A stretch of DNA of 64,000 nucleotides, from contig JBARSJ010000320.1 in assembly GCA_049644685.1 (NCBI GenBank), positions 7,916 through 71,915 on the forward strand, given 5' to 3'. Position 1 is the first letter of the stretch. Every line of letters starts with the position of its first letter. A program made the translations under genes and the position numbers. Source of the stretch: Anaerolineales bacterium. Its GTDB lineage: Bacteria > Chloroflexota > Anaerolineae > Anaerolineales > UBA11858. The notes under the pieces were generated by a model, which saw only the letters and a program-made list of their open reading frames with translations, was not told the origin of the DNA and searched no databases. Below, piece after piece: positions 47,543-56,784 of the stretch.

Positions 47543-49541
47543 GAAAGAAAACAAGAAACCCTTAGAAGAGTATTCGATTGATCTAGCGACCCAAGAAATG
47601 CTAGCCCGTGCGGAAGAATTGGGTTTAGAAACAGCCTTTTCCCGTTCTGACAATATGAAAGCCTGTCCCATTGGCGCGGATGCATTATGCTGCAAAATCT
47701 GCAGTATGGGTCCCTGCCGAATTGTGAAAGCGGGACAAACAGGTATTTGTGGAGCGACAGCGGATACTATCCAGGCCCGAAACTTTATTCGAATGGTGGC
47801 TGCCGGAGCTGCGGCTCACTCTGATCATGGGCGTGATATGGCGATCACTTTGAAAGAAACAGCCAACGGTGAAACTCAGGGCTATATTATCCGTGATGTC
47901 GCCAAACTCCGAGATCTTGCCTCGAACTATAACATTCCGATTGAAGACCGTTCCCCCAACGAAATAGCCAACGATTTGGCAGATTTGTACATAGCTCAGT
48001 TTGGCCAACAAACGGGCCTGGTCGCACCAGTGATCCGGGCGCCGAAAAAACGCCGTGAAATCTGGGAAAAACTAGGGGTTCTTCCCCGGGGAGTTGACCG
48101 CGAGGTTGTGGAAGCCTTACACCGCACCCATATCGGCGATGACCAGGATGCAGAACATATCCTGGACCACGCGGTACGCACTGCTATTGCTGACGGATGG
48201 GGCGGCAGCTTGATTGCTACGGATGTATCTGATATTTTGTTTGGATCCCCGGCCCCTATCCTGGGGGAAGCAAACCTGGGTGTATTGAAGGATGACTATG
48301 TCAATGTCGTTGTTCACGGACATGAACCTACTTTGAGCAATATGATTGTGGCCGCATCACAATCCCCGGATATCCTCGAATATGCCCGGGCAGCGGGCGC
48401 TGAAGGAGTGAATATTTCAGGGATTTGCTGTACTGCAAATGAAATCTTGATGCGTCAGGGTATCCCAGCCGCGGGGAACTTCCTGCAGCAGGAATTAGCT
48501 ATCATGACCGGCGCAGTGGAATCCATGGTGGTGGATGTCCAATGCATCATGCAAGCTATAGTTGGGCTGGCCGAGAATTTCCACACCAAAGTCATCACTA
48601 CTTCCAAGAAAGTTAAAATCAAGGGTGCTACGCATGTAGAGTTTGACGAGAAGAAAGCCCTGGATATTGCCAAAGATATCCTCCGCACCTCAATTGATAA
48701 CTATAAAAATCGCGGCGAGACCAGAATTCCTGACCACCGAGAGTCACTCGTTCCTGGATTTTCTCATGAGTATATTAACTATGCTCTGGGAGGCTCGTAC
48801 CGATCATCATTCCGACCCCTTAACGATGCGGTTATGTCCGGACGCATCCGTGGTGTGGTGGGTCTCGTGGGTTGTAATAATCCTCGGGAAAAGCACGATT
48901 CTCTCCATGTGAAATTAACTAAAGAGCTCCTTAAACAGGATGTTCTGGTTGTTGAGACCGGCTGTGCCTCCATTGCCAGCGCTAAGCAGGGTCTGTTGGT
49001 CGGCGAAGCCGGTCTGGACCAGGTAGGCCCCGGTTTGAGGGAGATTTGTGAAACGATTGGTATGCCCCCGGTACTGCATATGGGTTCTTGTGTTGATAAC
49101 AGCCGCATTTTGACCGTCCTGGCACAAATTGTAGAAGAAGGCGGTTTGGGCGAGGATATCAGCGAAATCCCGGTTGTCGGCTTAGCGCCTGAGTGGATGA
49201 GTGAGAAAGCCATCTCTATCGCGACCTACGTTGTGGCATCAGGTGTCTATACCATCATGTCGGGTACTGCGCCATTAGACGAGAATCCCAAGGTGGAGGA
49301 CAGCGCCATTGTTCCTCAACTGCTCAGCAGCGGATGGGAAGAGAAGTTTGGAGCCGGGTTAGAATTCATCAACGATTTTGACACTATCATGAAGAAAACC
49401 CTGGACCACATCGATAAAAAACGTGCCGACCTCGGCTTACCCGTATATGATCCGAAAGCCTTCGGAAAAAGCGGGGATTCCCGGATGAATGAATTAGAAA
49501 AGATGCCTGTGAAGGATCGCCGCCAAGCAATTTACGGATAA
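47535..49541 (+). CDS. acsA: Anaerobic Ni-Fe carbon monoxide dehydrogenase catalytic subunit (CooS/AcsA)
   Basis: N-terminal Cys clusters (ACPIGADALCCKICSMGPCRI, GICGA), HGHEP, CCTANE, GCNN, MGSCVDNSR. AAGGAG lies upstream of the ATG at 47535 (668 aa). The track start at 47502 is inside the previous gene. Confidence 0.95.
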   Translation: MVKKENKKPLEEYSIDLATQEMLARAEELGLETAFSRSDNMKACPIGADALCCKICSMGPCRIVKAGQTGICGATADTIQARNFIRMVAAGAAAHSDHGRDMAITLKETANGETQGYIIRDVAKLRDLASNYNIPIEDRSPNEIANDLADLYIAQFGQQTGLVAPVIRAPKKRREIWEKLGVLPRGVDREVVEALHRTHIGDDQDAEHILDHAVRTAIADGWGGSLIATDVSDILFGSPAPILGEANLGVLKDDYVNVVVHGHEPTLSNMIVAASQSPDILEYARAAGAEGVNISGICCTANEILMRQGIPAAGNFLQQELAIMTGAVESMVVDVQCIMQAIVGLAENFHTKVITTSKKVKIKGATHVEFDEKKALDIAKDILRTSIDNYKNRGETRIPDHRESLVPGFSHEYINYALGGSYRSSFRPLNDAVMSGRIRGVVGLVGCNNPREKHDSLHVKLTKELLKQDVLVVETGCASIASAKQGLLVGEAGLDQVGPGLREICETIGMPPVLHMGSCVDNSRILTVLAQIVEEGGLGEDISEIPVVGLAPEWMSEKAISIATYVVASGVYTIMSGTAPLDENPKVEDSAIVPQLLSSGWEEKFGAGLEFINDFDTIMKKTLDHIDKKRADLGLPVYDPKAFGKSGDSRMNELEKMPVKDRRQAIYG

Positions 49542-49567
49542 TTTGCTTAATAAGGAGTAATTAACTA

Positions 49568-52500
49568 ATGTCTCGATATATTGCCACCCGTGCCATTCGC
49601 GGAGCTAATGCGCTAGTCATTGAAGCGGAAGCGATGCTTCAAAAAGGATTATCCGAGAAAGGACCCGACACTATTATCGAATTCCCAAATACTGCCTACT
49701 ACTTACCTTTAATTTATGGTATGACGGGAATTGAAATCACTAAACTTGAACAGCTAACAGAAGTACTCCGGATTGCCCGGAAATTACTGCACCTGGTTCC
49801 CGCAGAATCAAAGTGGACGCCTTATCTGGGCGAAACACTGGACAGCGGGATGGCCACTTTACTGGCTGCGGAGACCATCGAGGCTATTCGATCGGTATAT
49901 CAACTTCAACCCGAGTTGTACCCGGGATTTGAACTGGGCGGTGGAACGGAATATTCAGACCGGGACTTTGGTATGTCCGGCAGGTTGAACGGCCCCATCG
50001 ACGACATCCAATTGCGGTCCTGGGGAATCCAATTGGTAGATGGGCGCATGCCTGGTTTTGCTGCGATCGTTGGGGCAGCAAAATCCAACGAAGTCGCTGT
50101 TAAAATTGTTCGGGAACTCCAGCAGCGTAACATTTTGACTTTCCTCACGGGGAATGTTAATGGCCGCAGCATCATCGACCAGCTTGTGGAAGAGGGTGTG
50201 GATTTGGGGTATGACACTTATACGGTTCCCTTCGGCACAGATACCATCAGCGCTATTTATGCGCTTGGTTTTGCTACCCGCTCAGCACTCACGTTCGGGG
50301 GACTTAAAGCAGGTCAAGCCCGGGATATCCTGGAATACAACCGGGACCGGGTTTTTGCTTTTGTGCTTGCCCTGGGAGAGGTAGATGATCTGAAGTATGC
50401 AGCCGCAGCGGGAGCTATTAACTTTGGATTTCCGGTGATTGCCGATACCGTGATCCCGGAAATATTACCCACGGGTATCACGACCTACGAACATGTTGTC
50501 AGCATGCCTTTCAATGAGATTGAAGGGGAAGATGATCTGGATCGGGCTAATAAACTGGTTCAAAAATGCATCCAGGTCAGAGGCGTGAAAATCAAGATCA
50601 CCGACGTTCCTGTCCCCGTGCCTTATGGATCTGCCTTCGAGGGAGAAGTTGTTCGCCGGGCAGATATGCGGGTTGAGTTTGGCGGTAAAAACTCCCGATC
50701 ATTTGAATACCTCTTCATGACGGAAATGGAGGACATCACGGATGGGAAAGTAGATGTAGTTGGGCCCACATTTGATGATCTGGAAGACGGCGCCTCTATG
50801 GATATGGGTGTGGTTGTTCAGGTGGCAGGGCGGGAAATGGAAATGGATTTCGAACCTGTCCTGGAACGTCAGATCCATGACTTTGTGAACGGCGCATCTG
50901 GAATTCAGCACATTGGACAGCGGGATATTGTCTGGTGCCGAATCTCAAAGGGAGCGGCGGAAAAAGGATTCCAACTGGAACACTTCGGAAAAATAATCCA
51001 CGCCCGACTTCACTCAGATTTTGGCGCTGTTCTGGATAAAGTCCAGGTTACTGTTTACACAGATAAAGGCGAAATGGAAACCTGGCTTGAGAAAGCCCGG
51101 AAATCCTATGATTTCCGCAATAAACGACTGGCAGATATGGTTGATTCTTCAGTGGAAGAGTTTTATTCCTGTACTCTCTGCCAAAGCTTTGCTCCTGATC
51201 ATGTCTGTGTAGTCAGTCCTGAGCGGTTGGGATTATGTGGTGCTTACAACTGGTTGGACTGCAAGGCTTCTTTCAGCATTGACCCCACCGGTCCTAACCA
51301 GCCCATTAAGGTGGGAGAATGTTATGATGAAGAGATTGGATACTGGAAGGGAACCATTGATTACACCAAGTCAGCTTCCCACGGGGTTATAGAAAAAGTA
51401 TCCATGTACTCAATTATGGAAAACCCGATGACAGCCTGCGGTTGTTTCGAAGCGATCCTGATGTACATCCCTGAAGTGGAGGGTGTAATTGTGGTCAGCC
51501 GGGAAGATACCGGAATGACTCCCATGGGAATGAAATTCAGCACACTCGCCGGCATTGCAGGTGGCGGGGTGCAAACTCCGGGTGTAATGGGCATAGGGAA
51601 ATATTATATGCTCAGCCCCAAATTTATCTCCGCAGAAGGCGGATTTAAACGGGTTGTCTGGATGAGTAAAAACCTTAAAGAATCTATGATGGCAGAATTG
51701 CAGTCTGTCGCTGAAAGAGAAGGCATCCCGGATTTGATCGAAAAGATAGCAGACAGCGAATTGGTTACCACTGTGGAGGAACTGCAGGAATGGGTGAAAT
51801 CAAAGAAACATCCAGTTCTTGAAATGGGTACCATGCAACGGGAAGAAAAAGAACTCGATATTCCTGAAGATGTGGAACCGAGTGAAGATGTAATTGCCCA
51901 GGCAGAAGCGGTGATTGCGAAAACAACACCGGATGCACCGGAATTAGCACCAGAACCTGCTGAACCTGCTCCAGAAAGGAAACCCGCCCCTCCGTCCGCT
52001 GCCCCGATTCCAGGTGGAATTACGGAAGGTCGGGCCGAGGTTGCAGTGGATATGCTGCGGCGAGCTCTAATGGCAGCCCTGGCTGAACTGGGTGGTATAG
52101 AAGGGTTGGAAGATTTCAAACTTTCCGCAATACCTGCAGCTCCGACAACCCAAGCAGCTCCAGCGGCGAAAGCCAAAACAGTTGAAATAGCTCCTGATGA
52201 ACCCTGGCTTCCTGACGGCACAAAAACCAAACTATCCAAAGAATCCTGGGAAGGCATTGTGAGGGAAATAACCCTCGGGGCAACTGCCGCTGATGGCGGT
52301 ACCCGGTCACACACGGTGACGATTGGGGGATCCACAGCCATGCCCTATATGCATTTTGAAGGACAGACTCCCTTTAAGCCTGTAATCGCTATTGAGATCT
52401 TGAGCCGGCGTCCTGATGACTGGTCAGAGCTCTTGGTAAAGGCCTGGGGGGATGTGATGGACGATCCCGGGGAATGGGCTAAAGCGGCAGAGAGAGCCGG

Positions 52501-53182
52501 TGCTGAAGTTTTGTATTTGAAACTTGCCCTCACCGATAAAGATGGAAATCCGACCACCAAGGAACAAGCCGTTGAGGCAGTTGATAAAGTCCTCAAAGCG
52601 AGCGGTTTACCCCTGGTTGTCTTTGGTCCAGGACAGCCGGATCCTGATAATGAGTTATTGGTCGAAATCTCCAATAAGTTCAAAGGAGAACGGCTGCTCT
52701 TAGGTGTTTGTGAGGATAAAAATTACCGGACGATTGTTGCTTCTGCCATGGCAGACGGCCAGTTGATAGTGGCTCGAACCGCAATGGATGTAAACCTGGC
52801 AAAACAACTCAATATTCTCATTACAGATATGGGCCTTCCTGCGGATAGCATTGTGATGGATCCTACCACAGGCGCTTTGGGCTATGGCTTTGAATATGGG
52901 TACTCAGTAATGGAAAGGCTGCGGATAGCGGCTTTGCAAGGTGACAAGATGACCCAATATCCGATGTTGGTGACTCCTGGTGAGGAATGCTGGAAAACCA
53001 AGGAATCCAAAGTGGGTAAAGGTGTTCCGGAAGCCTGGGGAGATTGGGAAACCAGGGCAATTGCCTGGGAGACTACAACGGCCATCATGTTAGCGGAATC
53101 CTGTGCGGATTTGATCGTCTTGCGCCATCCAGAAAGCGTAAGACGTACAAAAGAAGCCATCGATGACTTGATGAGCAGCTAG
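49568..53182 (+). CDS. acsB: Acetyl-CoA synthase (AcsB) fused to corrinoid Fe-S protein small subunit (AcsD)
   Basis: Residues 1-756 are collinear with bacterial AcsB (YSCTLCQSFAPDHVCVVSPERLGLCGA, MENPMTACGCFEA). Residues ~898-1204 are collinear with AcsD (GGTRSHTVTIGG, QLNILITDMGLP, DPTTGALGYGFEYGYSVMERLRIAALQGDKM). A ~137-aa P/A/E-rich linker joins them. Confidence 0.9.
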   Translation: MSRYIATRAIRGANALVIEAEAMLQKGLSEKGPDTIIEFPNTAYYLPLIYGMTGIEITKLEQLTEVLRIARKLLHLVPAESKWTPYLGETLDSGMATLLAAETIEAIRSVYQLQPELYPGFELGGGTEYSDRDFGMSGRLNGPIDDIQLRSWGIQLVDGRMPGFAAIVGAAKSNEVAVKIVRELQQRNILTFLTGNVNGRSIIDQLVEEGVDLGYDTYTVPFGTDTISAIYALGFATRSALTFGGLKAGQARDILEYNRDRVFAFVLALGEVDDLKYAAAAGAINFGFPVIADTVIPEILPTGITTYEHVVSMPFNEIEGEDDLDRANKLVQKCIQVRGVKIKITDVPVPVPYGSAFEGEVVRRADMRVEFGGKNSRSFEYLFMTEMEDITDGKVDVVGPTFDDLEDGASMDMGVVVQVAGREMEMDFEPVLERQIHDFVNGASGIQHIGQRDIVWCRISKGAAEKGFQLEHFGKIIHARLHSDFGAVLDKVQVTVYTDKGEMETWLEKARKSYDFRNKRLADMVDSSVEEFYSCTLCQSFAPDHVCVVSPERLGLCGAYNWLDCKASFSIDPTGPNQPIKVGECYDEEIGYWKGTIDYTKSASHGVIEKVSMYSIMENPMTACGCFEAILMYIPEVEGVIVVSREDTGMTPMGMKFSTLAGIAGGGVQTPGVMGIGKYYMLSPKFISAEGGFKRVVWMSKNLKESMMAELQSVAEREGIPDLIEKIADSELVTTVEELQEWVKSKKHPVLEMGTMQREEKELDIPEDVEPSEDVIAQAEAVIAKTTPDAPELAPEPAEPAPERKPAPPSAAPIPGGITEGRAEVAVDMLRRALMAALAELGGIEGLEDFKLSAIPAAPTTQAAPAAKAKTVEIAPDEPWLPDGTKTKLSKESWEGIVREITLGATAADGGTRSHTVTIGGSTAMPYMHFEGQTPFKPVIAIEILSRRPDDWSELLVKAWGDVMDDPGEWAKAAERAGAEVLYLKLALTDKDGNPTTKEQAVEAVDKVLKASGLPLVVFGPGQPDPDNELLVEISNKFKGERLLLGVCEDKNYRTIVASAMADGQLIVARTAMDVNLAKQLNILITDMGLPADSIVMDPTTGALGYGFEYGYSVMERLRIAALQGDKMTQYPMLVTPGEECWKTKESKVGKGVPEAWGDWETRAIAWETTTAIMLAESCADLIVLRHPESVRRTKEAIDDLMSS

Positions 53183-53200
53183 GAAATAATCTAAAAACCA

Positions 53201-53230
53201 TGAGTTGTGCCTGAAATAAGGCACAACTCA
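53201..53230 (+). other. Intra-operon hairpin between acsB-D and acsC
   Basis: 11-bp stem TGAGTTGTGCC / GGCACAACTCA with an 8-nt loop and no T-run. Confidence 0.4.
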
Positions 53231-53273
53231 ATTGACACTACAGATAACCAGATAGTGAAAATGGAGAAATCGT

Positions 53274-54605
53274 ATGGCTTTGACCGGGATTCAAATTTAC
53301 AAACTGCTTCCACAAACCAATTGTAAGGAATGCGACTTTCCCACTTGTTTGGCATTTGCGATGAAGTTGGCTGCCAAACAGGTTGAATTAGCCAAATGTC
53401 CTTATGTCAGTGAGGAATCAGCCGTCCAACTGGCGGAAGCCGCGGCTCCGCCTGTTCGTTCCATTACGATTAAGTCAAATGGGCATGAGGTAAAAGGCGG
53501 CAATGAAATTGTACTCTTCCGCCATAACAAGAAGTTTTTCAGCCCCCCGGGATTTTTTATCCGGGTCTATGATGATCAATCCAGCGAGGACATAAAATCC
53601 AAAGTAAAACCGGTTGATGACTATGTTGTGGATTATGTAGGGATGGATTTGTCGATGGGTGGAATCGCTGTTCAGGCGCGCGGCGGAGATTTTAGCGCTG
53701 CGGTGGAAGCAGTTCGTGATGCTACCAAGCTTCCCCTGATCCTGATAGGTTCAGCCGAAGAGCTAAAAACAGGATTGGAAAAGCTGGCAAAGGATGAAAC
53801 TCCCTTGCTTTGCAGTGCCACCTCCCAGAATTGGGAAGCTATGGCTGCTCTGGCGAAGGAATATAACGCTCCCTTGGCAGTCGAAGCAGGCAACATTGAT
53901 GAGATGGTCGGATTGGTGGAAAAATTAGAAGCCCAGGATCTGAAGGACTTTGTCCTGGCTCCTAAACAGAGAAATTTGCTAGGATCCTTAACTGCCAATA
54001 CCACCATTCGCCGGATGGCTATTAAGGAAAATTACAGCCTACTGGGATTTCCCATTATCAACTTCCCCGGTGATGTAGGTGATCCGATCCGGGAAGTAAC
54101 CCGAGCTATGCAGGCAATTGGAAAGTACAGCAGCTTTATAGTCCTGGATAATTTTGATCCCGCAACCGCGTACTCTCTGTTAGTACTGCGGGCGAATCTC
54201 TACACTGACCCGCAAGAACCAATCCAGGTGACCCCGGGAATCTATGAGCTCAATAATCCCGGTCCTGAAGATCCTTTCCTGGTCACCACTAATTTCAGCA
54301 TTACCTATTTCAGTGTAGCCAACGAGGTAGAGAGTATGGGACTGCCGGCTTGGCTGTTGGTGACTGATTCGGAAGGTATGAGTGTACTCACTGCCTGGGC
54401 GGCGGGAAAATTCGACGCTGAGATCATTGCCAGAGACGCAAAGCAGTTTAAAGCGGCTGAAAAGGTGACGAAACGACGGATAGTCCTACCGGGCCACACC
54501 GCAGTTTTATCAGGGGAACTAGAGGAAGAATTACCCGACTGGGAAGTTAGAGTTGGTCCAAAAGAGGCTGTAGATTTACCCGCTTTTCTAAAAGAAGCTT
54601 TATAG
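53274..54605 (+). CDS. acsC: Corrinoid iron-sulfur protein large subunit (AcsC)
   Basis: N-terminal 4Fe-4S motif (NCKECDFPTCLAFAMKLA...CP), TIM-barrel middle, C-terminal B12-binding-like domain. 443 aa. Confidence 0.93.
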   Translation: MALTGIQIYKLLPQTNCKECDFPTCLAFAMKLAAKQVELAKCPYVSEESAVQLAEAAAPPVRSITIKSNGHEVKGGNEIVLFRHNKKFFSPPGFFIRVYDDQSSEDIKSKVKPVDDYVVDYVGMDLSMGGIAVQARGGDFSAAVEAVRDATKLPLILIGSAEELKTGLEKLAKDETPLLCSATSQNWEAMAALAKEYNAPLAVEAGNIDEMVGLVEKLEAQDLKDFVLAPKQRNLLGSLTANTTIRRMAIKENYSLLGFPIINFPGDVGDPIREVTRAMQAIGKYSSFIVLDNFDPATAYSLLVLRANLYTDPQEPIQVTPGIYELNNPGPEDPFLVTTNFSITYFSVANEVESMGLPAWLLVTDSEGMSVLTAWAAGKFDAEIIARDAKQFKAAEKVTKRRIVLPGHTAVLSGELEEELPDWEVRVGPKEAVDLPAFLKEAL

Positions 54606-54654
54606 AAGGATTGGCGGGAAAATCCTGCTCAGAGGAAAGGAGTAATCTATAATA

Positions 54655-54698
54655 AAAGGTAGGGCTAATGTTCGGTAAACCGGGCAAACCCTACCTTT
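54655..54698 (+). other. Hairpin downstream of acsC
   Basis: AAAGGTAGGG ... CCCTACCTTT stem (10 bp) with a 24-nt loop. Confidence 0.35.
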
Positions 54699-54797
54699 CC
54701 TTAACAAGCACTGCTTCTAGCATTTTTGGAGCTTGTGAGTTACCTGCGTGGGAAACAGAGAATGACCCCAACCCTCCGGGTTTTCAGGGAATGATTT

Positions 54798-56720
54798 ATG
54801 GCTACATTGTTTTCTGTACAATTTGATATAGCGGATGAGCCGGTTGAGGTTCCAGGGGGAACTCTACTTACAGATGCCGCCGAAAATGCAGGAATTGAAA
54901 TTAACCAACCCTGCGGAGGTCAAGGGCGGTGTGGGATATGTGCCGTCCAGGTCACTTCCGGCCAAGTGCGCCGGCGCAGTACTATGCGTTTATCCGCTGA
55001 AGATGTTGAGCAGGGTTATGCGTTGTCTTGCCAGACTGTCGTTGAAGGGGATGTTTCGGTCATTGTTCCACCTCAGGAAAAAATTCAACAGCGGTTAACA
55101 ACCGGACAGTCTGCGGCAGATGTGTCCGTTCCGCCTGATTACGATTACCGCAGGGATCAGACCGTTCAGAGGATTTCTCTGGAGCTAAAACCGCCCAGCA
55201 TGGAAGATCAGACCAGTGATTGGGCCCGGTTGAGAACTGCCTTAGGGGGCAAATACGAGCTGGGTAATATCTCTATCTCCTTGCCGGTTTTACAAAAGTT
55301 GCCTTCTGTAGTTAGAGAGGGTGATTGGAAGGTCACTGCGATCATTTTTAAGGATAATGACACGGGAGCATGCGCTTCAGCTGAGGTCATCGATTTACTG
55401 CCTGGTCTGATTAAAGAAGACACGCCGCTCTGGGGAGCCGCAGTAGATATTGGCACCACAACGGTAAAAGTAATGCTGGTGGATCTGATATCCGGCGAGG
55501 ATAAAGGACAGGCGTCGGAATATAACAAACAAATTGCCCGCGGGGAAGATGTTATTTCCAGGATTATATATGCAGGAAAAGAATCCGGGGATCAAGTTCT
55601 CAGGGAATTGGTTGTAGATAGCATTAATGAATTGATTGGCAGAGCTTGTAAACGGGGAAAAACAAAACCGGATCAGATATACAAAACCATTTTAGCCGGA
55701 AACAGTACCATGATGCACCTATTATTAAAAATTCCGCCCTCAAGCATTCGCCTGGCCCCCTATATCACCGTTGCTAATCACCTTCCGGTTCTCAGCGCGG
55801 AAGAAACGGGATTCAATACATTTTCGCAGGGTAAGGTTATTTGCCTTCCGAGTGTTGCCAGCTATGTTGGGGCGGATATTTCGGCAGGAGTCTTGTCGTC
55901 TGGGTTGGCTGATACCGAAAAGATAACCCTGTTCCTGGATGTTGGCACTAATGGCGAGATGGTTCTCGGTTCAAAGGAATGGCTGGTAACCTGTGCCTGC
56001 TCCGCTGGCCCGGCATTTGAAGGTGCTGGGGTTTTGCACGGCATGAGAGCTACTGCAGGTGCGATTGATGAGGTCTGGATCAATGAGGAAAATTATGAAG
56101 CATCCTGGCGTGTTATCGGCGATGAAAAACCAAAAGGTTTGTGCGGAAGCGCCTTAATTTCCCTCCTGGCAGAATTGTTAATGACCGGGGTGATTAACAA
56201 GAGCGGAAGATTTAATTTTTCACTGGAAACATCCCGGATTAGGAAAGGTTCTCACGGCGGAGAATACGTGGTCAGCTGGGCCGATGAGACTGAAATCGGA
56301 GAGGACATCATGCTGACTGAAGTGGATATTGACAACCTGATGCGAGCTAAAGCCGCAATATTTGCAGGATTTTCAGTATTGGGTGACAGCGTAGGAGTCC
56401 CCCTGGAATCGGTTGAGCAGGTCTTAATTGGCGGCGGATTCGGTCAATTTATTAACGTGGAAAAGGCAATCCAGATTGGATTGCTTCCGGATATGCCCTG
56501 GGAACGTTTTCAATTCTTGGGAAACACATCCTTAAAAGGCGCTTACCTGGCATTATTGGATCAAAAGAATCAAGATCGCATTACCGAGATTGCCAACAGA
56601 ATGACCTATATTGAGCTGTCAGCGGACAACCGGTTTTTTGACGCTTTTACATCGGCGATGTTTTTACCCCATACAAATAAGGAATTGTTTCCTTCCGTGC
56701 ACCCTGGCGGAAAGGAATGA
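54798..56720 (+). CDS. acsV: Corrinoid activation/regeneration protein (RACo/AcsV): 2Fe-2S ferredoxin + ASKHA ATPase
   Basis: N-terminal plant-type ferredoxin motif (CGGQGRCGICAV...C) and ASKHA phosphate motifs (AVDIGTTTV, LDVGTNGE). 640 aa. Confidence 0.88.
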   Translation: MATLFSVQFDIADEPVEVPGGTLLTDAAENAGIEINQPCGGQGRCGICAVQVTSGQVRRRSTMRLSAEDVEQGYALSCQTVVEGDVSVIVPPQEKIQQRLTTGQSAADVSVPPDYDYRRDQTVQRISLELKPPSMEDQTSDWARLRTALGGKYELGNISISLPVLQKLPSVVREGDWKVTAIIFKDNDTGACASAEVIDLLPGLIKEDTPLWGAAVDIGTTTVKVMLVDLISGEDKGQASEYNKQIARGEDVISRIIYAGKESGDQVLRELVVDSINELIGRACKRGKTKPDQIYKTILAGNSTMMHLLLKIPPSSIRLAPYITVANHLPVLSAEETGFNTFSQGKVICLPSVASYVGADISAGVLSSGLADTEKITLFLDVGTNGEMVLGSKEWLVTCACSAGPAFEGAGVLHGMRATAGAIDEVWINEENYEASWRVIGDEKPKGLCGSALISLLAELLMTGVINKSGRFNFSLETSRIRKGSHGGEYVVSWADETEIGEDIMLTEVDIDNLMRAKAAIFAGFSVLGDSVGVPLESVEQVLIGGGFGQFINVEKAIQIGLLPDMPWERFQFLGNTSLKGAYLALLDQKNQDRITEIANRMTYIELSADNRFFDAFTSAMFLPHTNKELFPSVHPGGKE

Positions 56721-56784
56721 TATAAAAAGTAATTGAATTATTATTAACCTAGAAAGACCATGTAAGTTTTGAGGAGGCATTTGA

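Noticed and set aside
51604-52341. 245-aa minus-strand ORF inside acsB-acsD.
   Set aside because: It is antisense to the Pro/Ala/Glu-rich linker and translates to a low-complexity Ala/Ser/Gly string. The sense frame is continuous with two recognisable domains.
49568-53182. Whether the AcsB-AcsD fusion is simply a frameshift or assembly artefact.
   Set aside because: This is not rejected as a finding. A frameshift would break, not join, the frames, and a 137-codon in-frame linker with coding-like composition separates the domains. A lost stop codon cannot be excluded without reads, so a check is requested in the finding.
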